64,000 bases of DNA from Octopus sinensis (GCF_006345805.1 NC_042999.1:105834001-105898000), one strand, 5' to 3'. Positions 1 to 14,981 are shown, numbered from the stretch's first letter. Notes: generated from the sequence alone by a model not told the origin. A program made the numbers and translations.

Positions 1-424
1 TACACAAGTACACACGCATACACATATAACCGTGCATACGCTCACATACACATGTACACACGCACCACCCTCACAAAGGTAATACACACATACTCACGCA
101 CAAACACGCATGCATGCACTTAAACTCAAATTCACACCATTCTTTACTTATAAGTCACACATATAAAGGACCTCAGAACGTTTTATTATCAATCGTCAAC
201 TACATTGTCACCCGTGACGATCAGCCACCCACTTTCCTTTTACATCCGAAGAAGAATACTAGATGACAATGGCATTTAAGGGATATATCCTTAACATTTA
301 TCATTTCTGTATAAGAGGAAGATTTTAAAGAGAAAATTGGAACTCTATTTATAACTGCCAAACTCTAGCCAGGTGCAAAACCCTTATATGTGAGATCCGA
401 GAACTCTAAATAGTCTATTACACA

Positions 425-790
425 TTCTATCTTCTTGTCAAAGACTCTATTACTTCATCGGGATATATTCTTGTAAACTAGTTTTCATCTTATCATTATA
501 AAAAAATAATATTACCTGATCTGAATGCGTTACTATAAACTACTTCTTGACTGATCACATAGGATACACATAATTTATTCTCTTGTCAAAGACTATATTT
601 ACTTAATGAAGAAATATTCATGTAACCTAATTTTTTCTTATTATCATTATAAAAAAATATAACTTGATCTGAATGTTTTTATATAAACTATTTTTTACTC
701 ATCACAGATGATACACGAAGCATCAAGACTGTTCCTATCATTGTCAAAGTCTCTATCACTTGATTTTGTAAATTAATTTTTGACACTACA
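425..790. repeat. Degenerate ~150-bp tandem repeat (~2.5 copies)
   Basis: TTGTCAAAG(A/T)CT recurs at 435, 583 and 741. TATCATTATAAAAAA...TGATCTGAATG...TATAAACTA follows the first two. Confidence 0.65.
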
Positions 791-901
791 CTTTACTTTT
801 GAAAATCTTTTTAAATAAGTGAAGCCGGTTAAGTTAATAAATACATTTAAGAGACTCCTGCATTTTCCGATATTTCTCCTTATATATATTTGTGTACCTG
901 T

Positions 902-903
902 GC

Positions 904-973
<70 letters not shown>
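902..973. repeat. (TA)n microsatellite
   Basis: Direct reading. Confidence 0.95.
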
Positions 974-977
<4 letters not shown>

Positions 978-1345
978 CACGAACTAGTCAAAATGTGAGT
1001 CTCTTTGATCAAAGGTGTATTTGATCTGGGCAGAAAGAAAAATGAGAATATCAACGTGGGAATTTTGTAACTGAACAGATGTATTTGCCATACCCCCTAT
1101 ACATAATCAATTTATGGCAATGGATACAGTATAATTCTAAGGAAAAATAAAATGTTTAAAAGGAAATTGTATTTTAATTCTTAGTAAGTTATCACTAACC
1201 GAATAACAGGTATTGAATTTATTCGGAATTTTTTTTTTAAAGCTACCCAGTCGTTCGAAGCGATTACATTATTTTCTGAATATATAATAGTAGCTCATTT
1301 GATGCAGTTACTACCTGCCAACATATAAAACGTCCACATTTTATA

Positions 1346-2174
1346 CGATATAGTTTCAAAAGGTTCTCTGACTAGTTATATTTAATAAAAATAACTTAGT
1401 TACCTAAGTTTTAAAATCATCTCCGAAATAGTCACCTTGTGCAAACATGTACCGGACCCTACGTTCCTCCCACTTTTGGAGTCTTCATTTTCTTAAGCGT
1501 GCCGAGAAACTTCTGCTGTTCGATCTCGATCTCGACATCATGTTAAAACGGCGACCTTTGAGCTGCCTTTTCATCTTGGGGAAGAGATGGAAGTCTGCAG
1601 GTACTACAACTGGCGAATCGGGCGGATACGGATGCCATGTTGATGTTGGCGATAAACTCATGAGTGAGGAGAGCTCGTTCATAGGGTGCATGGTCATCGT
1701 CAAGAATCCAATTCGTCGCACTCCACAGATCCGTTTGCACCGAATATCCTCCCTCAAACGTTTCAAAATTGACGGTAAAATTATTGATTGATTTTCTGGC
1801 ACGGGCGACGAATTGCCGATGCACAATACCGCGGCTGTGGAAGAAAACGATGACTAGGTACTTCATTGAGCTGAAGCTCTCTCGTGGAGATGAATGGCTC
1901 CTCCATTGTGACGACTGCTGTTTTACCCGTAGACGTATTCCCAAGTTTAACGCAAAGTTTCTCGTTGGCTCTTTGTTTCAACTTGCTGTCGAAGGCTACA
2001 GGATAAATGTGATTACAAAAACACAAATTTCACAACTTCTGAAGTAAACACAATGCTGTCGCTTGTTACACTGCCACATGAGGGGGTCTGCTAGCTCTTA
2101 TCCCACATACACTGTGTGCTGCTATCTGTTGGCAGGCTACAGAACTAGTCTGGGGACGTTTTGATAACATTTTG
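1346..2174 (-). mobile_element. Internally deleted, degenerate mariner element
   Basis: Minus-strand transposase pieces in three frames: QRANEKLCVKLGNTSTGKT (N-terminal HTH), VIVFFHSRGIVH, WILDDDHAP, HPYPPDSP..PADFHLFPKMKRQLKGRRF (YSPDL region). Degenerate ~32-bp TIRs ending GACTAGTT at 1346-1377 and 2143-2174, flanked by TA. Confidence 0.85.
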
Positions 2175-2539
2175 TACAATAAAATGAAATGAAATATCTA
2201 GATTGAATTGCAGTCTAATCTGGGTCAGTATATGTATGAATACAATAGATGTAAATCATGGAGGTTTCTATATTTTCTGCTCTTAAATATTCTTGAGAAT
2301 GTATAGCATCTGATAATAAATATCGTTTCGATTTCAATTTATGTGTTCTTAATATATAATATTCAATTTGTTCTCTGCTCTTAGATTACTTTCGGGTCTA
2401 ATCTTTATTCAATCAAATCATTAATTATTTAAGCAAATATTTTTTAGCAGCTAGTTACTACACACGTCTAAGATATCAGGTTGTAGAATGAACAATTATT
2501 TTAACTAATATTTTTGTATGCAAAAATATATAGACACTT

Positions 2540-2752
2540 TATGGGGAATATTGGCTTCAAATTTTAGTACAAAGCCAGAAATTTCTGGGATTACATCGGT
2601 CCCAGTTCTCAACTGGTACTTATTTTCTTGACCCAGAAATGATGAAAGAAAAACTCGACCTCGGTGGAATTTCAACTCAGAACATAAAGTCGGACGAAAT
2701 ATCGCTAAGTATTTTGCCCGATGTGTTAACGATTCTGCCAGTTCACCGCCTT
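2540..2752 (-). mobile_element. tRNA-derived SINE (family S1)
   Basis: Reverse complement reads GGCGGTGAACTGGCAGAATCG...TTCTGAGTTGAAATTCCACCGAGGTCGAG (A/B-box-like). Homologous to 18179-18350 and 37762-38110. Confidence 0.8.
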
Positions 2753-3385
2753 TAAATAATAAGAAATATTCCAAAGAAGTTTGATTATAAGTGATGAAAA
2801 ATTGTCTAGTAAACAAAAAATTAGAGAAGACTAATTTGAAGGGAAAGAATAGCAATCACTGAAATAGATATGAAATAGGGAAAATATCCGGCATCGTCAC
2901 AGTTTATATTTCGACTGATATCTTAAAAGTATACGTCATGAATTAAACATTTGCAAATGTTTTATCCAGCGATCGTTCTGTTGCTGATTGTCTTCTATTA
3001 AGGCAGTTACGCATGTTTCTTCTTAAATTATTATTCGGTATCTATATTGTGACCATTTTCGCTATTCCCATCTTTTCTATCATTGACTCGTTCATTCTTT
3101 TATAATCACCACCATTGATGATATATTTACTCCCAATTTTATATTTTTAAGTTTATTTTTTTTTGCATCATACAGTGTTTTGCACAAGGACAATATATAC
3201 AGACAATACGATGTTTTTGCCTCAAAGTAATGTCCAATAAATGACATTTATATATTCAAAAAATGAGATAACAAACCCAGATTAGTGTTAAGTGGAGATT
3301 TATTTAAGAATTAAATATAAAATATCACTCATTATTTCAGTCTTGAGTACTCATTTTTTTCCTTTTAATTCTCAAATGTTCAATT

Positions 3386-3666
3386 CACACTCACTCACAC
3401 ACACACACATACACAGACACACATATACACACACACACTCACACATAAGTACACATACAGCACATGCACTTTCGTAGAACTACACACAAACGTACACATA
3501 AATACACAAATGAAAGCGCACACTCTCACACATAAACACTCAAACACATACACATACATGCGTATATATAACAACATATGTATATATACATATGTTACAT
3601 ATATATATATATACATGCGTATACACACACACATATATATATATACATGAATACATACACATACGC

Positions 3667-3715
<49 letters not shown>

Positions 3716-3760
3716 TGCGTATGTGTATGTAGTCATGCATACATATACATATGTATATAG
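3386..3760. repeat. Compound (CA)n/(TA)n microsatellite
   Basis: Direct reading; source of spurious YI/HT-rich ORFs. Confidence 0.9.
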
Positions 3761-6075
3761 TTTATTTCATGCAAAAATACTTGAAATAGATCCTCAAAGA
3801 TACTACCATGAATGATGTAAACATTTTCTAGTGAAACATACATAAATTGAAATATAGTGAACCGTTGCCCTTGGATAGACGTGTCAAAAACGTTTGAAAC
3901 ATATCTCCATGCAAGCAATAATTATTTACTTTGAAGAATATTATTAAATTACACCGAAAGAGTTCAAACGATTCCAATTGAATACTTGCATTTTTGTTTG
4001 TACATAACACTTACATTCTAGCTAATGTGAATTGAAGTAGGAAGATATAATAATGATGGAGCTCACAATGGAGCTGACAGTCATTGATGTGGTGCAGTTG
4101 GACGTGATCTTGCAGATGTTTGAATTGATGGTGCTGGTGTAGTTGCTTGTGATATTTGTACGGGAAGAAAGGGAAAGGCATTAAATATCAATTAAGTACC
4201 AATGTATGTTACTATCATATATTGAACTAGATAAATCCAATATGCATTTTAACTAAGGTTTCCAACAGAGCTACTACCATCCTCAAAACCGATACCAACA
4301 ATAAAAATTATTACTTTTATAGTCATTCTCATATTCTCGAGAAATATGAATATCAGCCAATTGCATTTCTATCATATACAAAGCAAAAACACCACAAGAA
4401 ACTACAAAAGTAAATTATAAATGCAACAGAATCTATACTGCTCGCTCTATCGATCAGTATCAGTATCAAATGTTAATCGCTAACGCTACTGTGAATATCA
4501 CCATCACGTCACCAAGGTGGGCATCAACAAACGAAGGAGAACAGTATCATCAACCTCGTGATATTCATCAGCGGCGAAAATATTTCTGCTATTCGTTCAA
4601 AGAAATCTAGTCACGTTTATTTGCATGATTACGGGCCGAGAACAACAAAGTTTCCATCCGGTCGCCGGAAGATCAATGCAATCTCGATGTCCAAGGTTTT
4701 TATGAATCTACAGCCCCAGTCTACTATTAAGTTTGAACCGAGTAAGTGATACGCAGACTTCAACGTCACCAAAGATGGGACGCGTACGAACGTGCATGTA
4801 CTGGAAGTCACAGTCTACCTATCATATCGAAATCTACATACGCATGTTCATTAATAATCGACAGACACTGCAGATTGTATATACGCAAAGACTTTGAAGA
4901 ATAATGTAGAGAAAAATAATGGTTACTTACACAATTGGGAGTCTAGAACACGAGGTGACTCTCTCTTTCAAAACTCTTGACAGTCCTTTGGGAAATTCCC
5001 TAAGAAATTACTGCTGGTTCTTGAACTAGGCCTTCCTATCAGTCACATCTTGACATTTTGTCCTCAACGTCCACATGCAATTCCAATTGGGTTGGTGGAT
5101 AAGTTTTAGCATGTATTCCACAATTTCTGTATTGATGTAAGACCCCAAAGCGAAATTCCTTTTCAGATAGTTTTGCGTCTCTCCAAGAAACACGGCCAGC
5201 AACCACTATTTATCCAAACCACGTGGAAAACCCTCTTTCGTAAAAGAACATGTGTTGTGGAGGATTTCTGCGCGCATACTTCGAATCTGAAGAGGAAGTC
5301 CATAATCCCAAAATTCTATGTCCCACGCTCTATATTAACTCCTAATTTAGGTATCTCTTACTGGTTCTGGATGTCGAGCTTTTCCCAACATACGGTGATA
5401 CAGCACCATTGTATTCGATGGTGCCGCCAAAACATTGGATGTTGTGGTAAATTAGGATGTCAATACATTAACATTTACATGTTATTCTGCCTGCGCCATG
5501 CGTGCCTCCTTATTTAGCGAGAGCAAAAATATTTGTTGATTTATGATGTAAGTTCAACAAAACAGTATTTGCTGTAGAGTGAAAACAACCATTTACATGC
5601 TGTTTCTTTGTGGCCAGTGTTCTTGTTTCTGCTGTCAATATCGGTATTGGTACTGTCGCTGCGCACGTATTTTGTCGTTTCTACGGTCGTCTTTTTAATG
5701 ATTTTGTTATTGTTGCTCACACAGTTCCTGTGGTTGATCCTGGTGTCGAATTGTTACTTGTGTTCTCGTTGTCAGCACTTGGTGCTACTGTCGATACAAA
5801 TGTCCATATTCTTGTTGTTGCTCTTTTTGTTAATGTTCTTCTCAATGCATCCTCTGCTTCTTGCAGCATTCTTTAGCCGTTGCAGTATTAATGCATCAGA
5901 AATGAAAAGTGTTCTCTATTATACACTATAGAACGAAAATTCGTTGATGAAACCTCATAGCCTTTTATAGCAATACTACAGAAAACTAGAAAATATGTAC
6001 ATGAATATACACAATACATACATACACACATACATACATACATATATACATACATATACATACATACATACATAT

Positions 6076-6117
<42 letters not shown>

Positions 6118-6128
6118 ATATATATATA

Positions 6129-6210
6129 GGGAGAGTTTACGAAAAAACAAAACGAAGATAGGTGGTGTACAAAAAAAACAGATGTATTAGTATAACGCTC
6201 AGGAATAGAA
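6129..6210 (-). repeat. Fragment of short dispersed repeat family H3 (lacks the HHR-like part)
   Basis: GGGAGAGTTTACGAAAA..CAAAACGAAGATAGGTGGTGTAC...GTATTAGTATAACGCTCAGGAA resembles 8604-8685; abuts (TA)n. Confidence 0.65.
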
Positions 6211-8600
6211 TATATATATATTGCGTATATGTATATGCTCAATATATTCTCAATAAAGATTAATATACCAGGAAGAATCAGTTGCAAGACTCAGATGAAT
6301 TTATATATTATCCGTTATACAGATGCTTCACCGCAGCTATGGGAAGATGAACATTAATTAAAAACATTGATACTATGCCAGATAAGAAAAACTGTATTAG
6401 ATTTTTACACCGAATCACTCTTTAAAATGAAATGAATCATTGATCGAGAAACAATGCAAGACTTACACATGGGACGAAAGGAATGTTATGTAGATATTAG
6501 GTTAAAGCTATACGTCACAAAAATAAATAGCATCTAAGGCAAACGCTTTTGTGTGCAACGAACAGTAATTTTATAGTTAAGTAGTTTCTGAATAAAACTA
6601 AATGGACGAAGGTATGTATGAACTACACTTAAAAAGTGTTGCCTAAAACCTACAAACGTTTTTAATAGTATTCACTAGAATGCATTTAGTGAAAGAGATT
6701 TAGAAGTAACTGCAAAAGAGGACCATCAAAAACTGAGTAAGCCAACTTATAATTGGAATGAGCAAAATACCTATTTTCGTTTTCCAAACCAGAAAGTTGA
6801 TGGCAAAAGGGAAAAGAAAATATAGGTAGTTTTCATCATAAGTCTAATCCACAATATAAATATGCAACGCTACTTTGCCATAGGGTACAGTAATACAACA
6901 CAGCTTTGCTAAAGTAACTGAGTGAAAAATTTTACTTTACGAGGAGTAAGCAGAAAATTCCCTCCTCAACCCCGCCGAATGGAATAGAAAATCTTAACAA
7001 TTTGCAGCGAAGATAAGACAAAATTAAAGGCCCCCGAATATTAGCCAAAAACGAATACATTAACTGGTATAAGACTCGTGTAGTTTTCATAGTCTTTGTG
7101 ACAGATCAACGTTATGGCATAATTTAAGGGATATTTAGCGCAAATACACTCAAGAGAAAACAATAGAACCATTAAGAGCAGGAATATGTCACCACATGCA
7201 GATAAATATCAAAGAAAAATGGGCATGATTTGTGTAGATCAGTCAGGACAGTTAGTTTCCCGTAACCAGAATATGAAGCAAACAAATGAAAATTTATCCC
7301 TAAAAAATCTATCAATGTAATCAGCATATCAATTGGACATACATTATAAATTTTTGCGAGTTGATGATAATACTTCATACTTATCTGCTTCATAGCTGTA
7401 AAGTTGGTAAGTATGAAATACCTTTTACATCCACATGTAGAAGTAAAATGTACAACACCAAGCAGGCACAATGAAGGTGACAAAAGGAAGAGTTAAAAAA
7501 TGTTTTCACTTAACAGCAGCAAAACACGAAGAAACTGGCGTATATTTCACTCACATATTTACACGCACTAAATATGGTTTTAATCTTGAACCAGAAGCAA
7601 AATTCTTCAATAGAGAAAAACAAAATCCATAAACATTTAGATATGAAAATACACACATCTGAAAATAGAGATAAACAGAACGTGATTGAAAATAGAATAA
7701 AATGTGCAATATAAATAATGAAAAATACTGAAAATATGGAAATAATGAAAACAAGAAAGTGAACCCATTGCAAAATCAAACTGTTCTTCCCCCAAAAATA
7801 CAAATATATCTGTTTTAAATAAAAGTAAGATTATATAAGGAATTTGATTCAAATGGTACTCCCAAAGCCATATAGAAATACGTAAATATTTTATAGCATA
7901 ATACATCCAAGATCTTACATATTTGTTAGATATCTGCAAATGAAAGAATAGAAAGAGATTAGAAAAGCACTACTAAGAAGAATGCAAAGTAGAAGATGAG
8001 CAATAGGCATTGAAAAACAAGAATAAAAATATTTTTAAAATGCTTTACGTTACACTGTCTGATCAAAACTTACTATAAACAGATTTTAGGGATTGGAAAA
8101 GTTCATGTGTCGACGAACTCTAAATAGTTTGGTCGATGTCTTCTGTACTGGTGCATTTCACTGCAACCAAGTAAGTTCATCTTACATACATACTTAAAAG
8201 CACAAAACGAAAAACAAACTTCCATCGTTTCGATCGACTGTATGAGGTTTTTCAATACGGGCATATACGAGATTACTAAAAGAATACTGGACAGAACGAG
8301 TTTGACGAGAGAATATGGAATCCCTAGAAGAAAAGAGATCCGCTGAAATTCCGTACAATTGTGTCAAAAGAACCTAATTATGATATCTAAACGTACAGGA
8401 ATATTTATGGAATATATGAGGAGGACATAATTTGTTATTGTTTTATAATAGTAACTTCACCAATATATAACTTGAGTGCGCGTCTGAGAGTACGCGTGTT
8501 TGCATGGATGGATAGAACTTCCACATCCTCGCATGGCCACATGCACATATATGTATGTACACACACATACACATACGCATATATATATATATATATATAT

Positions 8601-8780
8601 AACGGGAAGCTTTATGAAAATAAACAAAAGACGAAGGCAGGTGGAAAACAAACGAACAATTGTATTAGTATGGCGCTCAGGAAATATAAATAAAACAAGT
8701 CTTTAACGTTCGAGCCTACGCTCTTCAACAGAAAGATACACAGAGAGAGAAAAACACAGAAAGAAGGAGAGAAAAAAATG
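8601..8780 (-). repeat. Short dispersed repeat family H3 with minimal HHR-like motif at 8700-8736
   Basis: Minus strand TCTTT-CTGTTGA-A-GAGC-GTAG-GCTC-GAAC-GTT-AAAGA; homologous to 16661-16810 and 43228-43392. Confidence 0.75.
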
Positions 8781-8881
8781 CGTGCAGTAGCTAACGAATC
8801 AACATGGCGATCTGATTTCGGCCAGAGGTCAAAGATCAAACATGAGACGCGAGAGCGAAATAAGGGGAGATAATAGGGTTG

Positions 8882-8927
<46 letters not shown>

Positions 8928-9035
8928 CCTATGTATATCTATCTATCTATAGTTATCAATCTATCTATTTATCCATCTATCTATCTATCTATCTATAGTT
9001 ATCAATCTATCTATTTATCCATCTATCTATCTATC

Positions 9036-9084
<49 letters not shown>

Positions 9085-9170
9085 ATGTATTTATCTATCT
9101 ATCTATCAATTTATATATATATATGTATGTATTGATCTATCTATTCATCTATCTATCTATCAATATATAT

Positions 9171-9213
<43 letters not shown>

Positions 9214-9399
9214 GCATTACATTTCTAAATATCTCAGAGAGGTATAAGCAGTATGATTATATAAAGAATTCGAGGTGGAGGTGTTTGTCTCCCCTTTGGA
9301 AACATAAGGACACAGGAAATGTGTCAAGGCCGACAGGAAGCGTTGATGCTTCCTAGCGCTAATTAGCAGTGGTGTGATTCCCTTCATGGGACTGTCACA

Positions 9400-10619
9400 T
9401 TACGTTGACAGTATACAACTACTCTATCGTACCACTACTGCCAAGAACAGAGAGAGACCGTGGACTTTTGCAACTGGCATTAACAATGAAGGTTGCCACA
9501 ATTGGCCTAAGCATCTACGTGATAAACTATGGGGACTGGATGTTAAAACTTGTTTCTAAAGATGAAAACAAGAAATCATCATACTCAGTAACGAAACAAG
9601 CAAGGGAATATCTAAGTTAATTCCAAATACAACAAATTCTGGAATTAGACATACGAAAAACAAGCGCAGAAAAAGCAAAGCGCATGAAAACCCGTGCTAA
9701 AACTGCTGCCTTAGATATTCTGACTGATAAATGGTAGGAAAAACCTCTCACTGGCAAATATCCAAAGAGAATAATGCCGATGTCGACAAAGCCATGACAC
9801 ATCAATGGCTAATAGCCTCTGGCTTAAAAGCCGAAACAGAAGGGTTTATCATCGCAGCTCTAGATCAATGCCTACCTACAAGGGACTACCAGGCCAACAT
9901 ATTAAAGAGCGGCAGCTCCCCAATATGTTGTGTGTTTCAACAAAATGAGACCATCGATCATGTTGTCTCCATGTAGAGTTTTCTTACGGCTACAGAGTAT
10001 CTCAACAGGCATGATAGAGCTGCACAATATATTCACTGGGTGATTTGCAAAAGCCTGGCGTTTCCCCATGACAAAAACCGGTGGGAACACAAATCACCTC
10101 CAGTGCTTGAAAAGGATAATTTCTTATTCCTCTGGAATTTCACCATTCAAACTGACAGAAAGATAGATGCGAATAGGCCAGAAAGACTTCAGACAAAAGT
10201 CATGCCTCTTCCTTGATATGACTGTCCCAATCGATATAAACGTATCTGTCAAGACCTACAAAAAACTGAGCAAATATAAAGATCTTGAAATAGGTGTCCT
10301 GGGAATGATAGCAAAAGGGGTTGATTGATACTGAACTCAGATACCAGGAAGCCCCAAAATGGCAGAAATTCAAAAGATAGTGCTCATGGGAACTGCTCAT
10401 ATCCTACGCAAAATACATTGTATGTGATCTCAAGTTTTAAAACAAACATAATTTTTTTACGTTTTCTTAAACATTCTCTAGAACAACACTATGTACAGAA
10501 CCAAATATATGGCACCCAGGGCATAATACCAACATGAACTTCCAACTTGTTATCTCTTGAGGTCTCTGGGTGAGACTTGGAGCCAACTTATACAAATGTA
10601 AAGCAAAAGTCAAACATAA

Positions 10620-10620
<1 letters not shown>
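9400..10620 (+). mobile_element. 5'-truncated, decayed RLE-type LINE (R4/Dong-like) with 3' UTR type B, ending in (AAT)n
   Basis: LPRTERDRGLLQLALTMKVATIGL and HQWLIASGLKAETEGFIIAALDQCLPTRDYQ...CCVFQQNETIDHVVS match the 56.6-57.9 kb ORFs. An ANRPE remnant lies near 10170. The 3' UTR matches 58150-58297. Confidence 0.9.
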
Positions 10621-10678
<58 letters not shown>

Positions 10679-10761
10679 TAATAAAAATAATAATAATCAT
10701 AATAATAATAATAAAACACTCGGCGAGAAACGGAAGAAAATTTGAAGAAAGAAGGAAAAAC

Positions 10762-10812
<51 letters not shown>

Positions 10813-10940
10813 GTATAAAAGATGGGCTACAGTAAATATTCTGCTCAGATCCACAGATTTGCTTCTCAGTTGTTTGACCTTAACCAGTTGAGCATGTCCC
10901 TTAGTGGCTGACGATATGTGCATCTCTGATCATGATAATA
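10621..10940 (+). repeat. (AAT)n array interrupted by a LINE 3'-end fragment (10715-10761) and a fragment of the 555-bp element (10811-10932)
   Basis: 10715-10761 matches 59022-59070; 10811-10932 matches 53380-53501. Confidence 0.85.
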
Positions 10941-10959
10941 ATAATAAATCTTTCAAACT

Positions 10960-11075
10960 CTGACAGAAGGTGAGCTGTACATGAGGAGAGAGGCAAGTCT
11001 ATTGCTTCGACTCGAGCACTTGACCGTTACTTATTTTATCGTTTCCGACGGGTTGAAATGGAAAGCTGATCCTAC
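10960..11075 (-). mobile_element. Degenerate SINE S1 fragment
   Basis: TTCGACTCGAGCACTTGACCGTTACTTATTTTATCG...TTGAAATGGAAAG resembles the reverse-complement S1 body. Confidence 0.5.
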
Positions 11076-14000
11076 GTTTTTCCTCCGATGCTATGTCAAT
11101 TTTGCTAGATCAGAGCCTTATATATCGTAAAAGTAGTTCATCAGAGAAATAAATAGAATTTGACAGAAGTTCTTATTTCCATACAAACAGTTAATCATGT
11201 TATTCTTTCTTCCGATTTCATTTGAAAATGATCAGAGGATATGGATGTAGGTGTGTTTTTTAGTACATAAACTTTTGGGACTTTATGTTTAAAAAGAAAA
11301 AGCGATATTTCACTTTTTGTTTTCTGGCTTCAGGTGATGATTTTTTTCTTTAAGCTGTTGTTCTGGTTGCTGTCTCAACCAGCTGCTGCGATTATTTGTA
11401 TTGTTGTTGCTGCGGCTGATACTGTTTCGTCTGGGCAACTTGGAGTAAATGTTCTTCATTCATAACTGAGAACTAATTCATTTTTGTTCTAAGCGTTACA
11501 AGATTTGCACTGCCAAAATGGTCCATACTTAATGGAAACTCGCCATACAAATCAATTAGGTCGGTATTGTTTTCCCTTTACTATGGATGTAGGCCGTTGA
11601 AAAACACCAATATCAGCTGTATCTAATATCTACATGAAGTATGTTTTGTTCTGATATTTTCTCCATGGTTCCACCAAGATCAGATGTGACATATTTATAT
11701 TGATTTCTGCTTGCGGATATTATAGCGCATGAAACAATGGCCATATATATCATAATTGCCTACTGTTTCCTTTCATGTTGGCAACAAGAAACAATTTCTA
11801 TTATTTCAGCATCAGGAAGTTCAAATATTCTGCACATTTCAGATTGAGTATTAAGGAATTTTATGTTTCTTTTTATAGGTTCTTATCGACAACTCGGGTA
11901 TTCTGAAGTACATTTTAAGCTAGATCATTGTCTCTCGCATACGTCAACAGTTTCGAGTTCCTCCCTGAAAAGAAATCGTCTTTATCCTGCCTTTTGTATA
12001 TTTAGAGACATTTCTGGTTCACACCTGAACATAACATTTTATATTACTATTTAAAGTTTAGCTTTTAGTTTATCATACTTTTCGTTATTGTTTCTCTATA
12101 TGTTTCAAAATCCCTGTTATCTTAGGCTGCTTATATTTGTTAGATTACCTGAAGGCAAAAATATGTTTTGTGATCTTTTTTTCGAGTTGGTTCATAATTG
12201 TAATGCTTTCGTATCATTCTTCACAATATATTGTTTGTAATCTTGCAGTAAATATTTTAAAATAATGTTCTATTTACCAAAAGTTATGCCTGCTTCTATT
12301 CATTATAAATGAAATATTCCTATGTGAACATTGGTACGGTAGTGGATTGTAAATGAAGTCATTAGTCGCCTTAGTCTTCTGTCTGGTCTTATAAATTTAC
12401 TGTGTTGTCTGTTGAGAATAGCTAAGTACTGCCTTCAGCAGGAACAGCTAAGCTATTGTAACTTAATACTTCATTTCTGGAGCGGAGGCGTATGTTTGTG
12501 AACTAAATATATTTCTTATGAAGCTGTGATATTCATTTCTACCTTGTGTTATCGTTTGTATTTTCTGCTATGTGATACGTTTATAAGTTCCTAAATCTTT
12601 GCAATTCTCAACTAGCTCCAATTTAATAGAATGGTAGGTATTTTGTTTTACTTCTGCCCAATACTTTCTTCATATATTTGTAGAATAGAAATCTGTATCT
12701 TATATTAATCTACTGAAAATATATATCACAATTTCCAGTTAGTCGTTGTCCGCCTCCTACTACACGATGTCATATTGGTGCAAAACGGTTCATTGTCTTC
12801 CGCATGCATTTTTATCAGTGTCCATTCTGTCATATAACTTTGGCCAAATGTATCAAAGTGAGGTAGATGAATCATTACAACACGCGATCCACCTAGACAA
12901 AACAATCTTTTAAGGTATTCTCTTCATATTTTTAATTCCTTTATTTTGTTTCGTAAATGAGGAAATTATAAACAACTTTGCCATATGTTCCTATTTCGTT
13001 CAATGTGTCTCTTTTGTTTTGATGCTATATTACACGTTGCACCATTAAACAAATGGTCAAACGACAAATTCTAATCAATTCATTTCACATTGAATCCCAC
13101 TTTCTCGTAAAATCAACAGTGATTGCTTTGTTTATTAGTCACTGCTATTAAAAATTATTTGGTTCTTCACATCAATTCCCCAATTATTTTGTAAGTGCAG
13201 TATTGGTTACAGGACTGCATTTTTAGTCAATGATATTTAAGATAGAGATGACGTTATTCAAAGTCTGGTTCTGTAAGCAAATTATTCCATGATTTTGTAA
13301 GTATATTATGTATGCACCTGTTACATATATTTCTCTAAACTTTTATCACATCTTTCGTGTTTTCTAGGTGTTTGCAAACGGAAAAGTCAGCAGTATGCTA
13401 ATACGCATCTCATTTGCTCAGCTGCAACATCTGTGTTGAACATACTAATTTGTAGTAATTTATTTGATATCCACTCGATCATACGTCACTTGTTGCCAGT
13501 ACGGCATTAATTTGTGTATTGTTTTTAAGTGCTTCTTTGTAGGCATGCTTTGATTTTGTGTCGAACCGTTTGTTTTGTTCAAAGAATTGCTGTCGGTTTC
13601 TGTATTGGCTGAATTTTAGACTTTTGGCTTGACCTCTTGTTTGAAATATTAAAAAAAATTATTCGTATTAACTATTCGGATAATTCGTATATTTTTCGTC
13701 GAGACATATTTTGGTATTTATTTCTGTTTCTTATTACTTGGTTGCTTCTGTGTTGTATAATTCATTTAGTGTGGCGATCTTATTTTGCTTTTCTATCAGT
13801 TTGGCCCTTTGCATTGTATCTTTGTTTGCGGCATTTTTGTGTGATTACATATTCCCTTATGAACAAGAGTGTGGAGCTATATAATGCATTGACTATTAAT
13901 GCTGCTATCTTTTTTTCTTTCATTAGATTATTATATAGATTATTTGCTGCCATAAAGTTTTCTTCTTTTTTCTGTCAATCTACAGAATTTGACTTTAAAT

Positions 14001-14562
14001 ATTGAACTTTGTCACTAGAACCTTAAATTGGAACCTTAAATTATCTAACACGTTGATCCGTTGGAAGGACTGTTGGGAGTTCTACATTTATCATTTACTC
14101 ATTATTATCCGGTTGAAAGTTACCACCTTTACATTTTAAAGTTTTTACTTATTTTGTACTCATTTTCTTTTCTTTATTTATGCAAAGTTATATATATATT
14201 TTTTATACCTTTTTGATCTACGTTGTCTGTGTTTACAGTTCTAATATTGTAGGTCGTTTTATCCGTTTTCATTTTCCCGTATACACCTTTCTAAAGGCAT
14301 TATTTGAATTTTGATAATTAAGATAACATATATTAACAAGGTCATTGCTGAAAATATAAACCGTGTAATTGTTTAAAAAAAGAAATTTGCCCTCATCCGA
14401 AACAATAGGCTGAAAATGCTTAGATTAACGATGTTACTGTGTAGAGAAAAGTCTTAAGAGTAACAAAAATTCTGAAACGTTATCTATCTATCTATATGTC
14501 TGTCTGTCTGTCCTTTTATCTATCTATATATGTTTCTATCTAACTATCTATCTCCCTGTCTG

Positions 14563-14631
<69 letters not shown>

Positions 14632-14868
14632 ATATATATATAATTAATCAATATAGGGTGGCAAAAAAAATTTTGTACAATTTTTTTGCCACCAGCGGCC
14701 TAGTGGGAAAAAATTAAATAGTCATAGACCATTTTTAAGTTCAACATCAACAATAAAGGAACGGCCATAATAGGCCATTCACCCACTAGAAATAACAGCC
14801 AAAGCTTCAACCGCAAATAAATATCAATTCCGTAAACAGGAGAAAATTTAAAAAACATTTACCCTGTA

Positions 14869-14972
14869 ATTTCTTATACGATGCACCGTTTCATCTGCTG
14901 TTTAATGGTAAACTAACCTGATTAAATTAAATCAGGCCAATCTTCCATAGGCCCTCAGATTCTTCAGTAAGA
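14869..14972 (-). ncRNA. Type I hammerhead ribozyme motif (H1), minus strand
   Basis: UCUUA-CUGAAGA-AUCUG[58 nt]CAGAU-GAAAC-G-GUGCAU-C-GUA/UAAGA; predicted cut between 14877 and 14876. Confidence 0.85.
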
Positions 14973-14981
14973 CTTGTGGCT

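Noticed and set aside
4990-5880. GC-richer region with ORFs 5173-5517 and 5608-5931, possibly a retroelement ORF1 relic
   Set aside because: No motif I can identify with confidence.
11200-14000. T-rich stretch with hints of a minus-strand LINE (AITVDFTRKWDSM, LGG..LPHF)
   Set aside because: Motifs are too degraded and their spacing is inconsistent; needs tBLASTn/HMM before any call.
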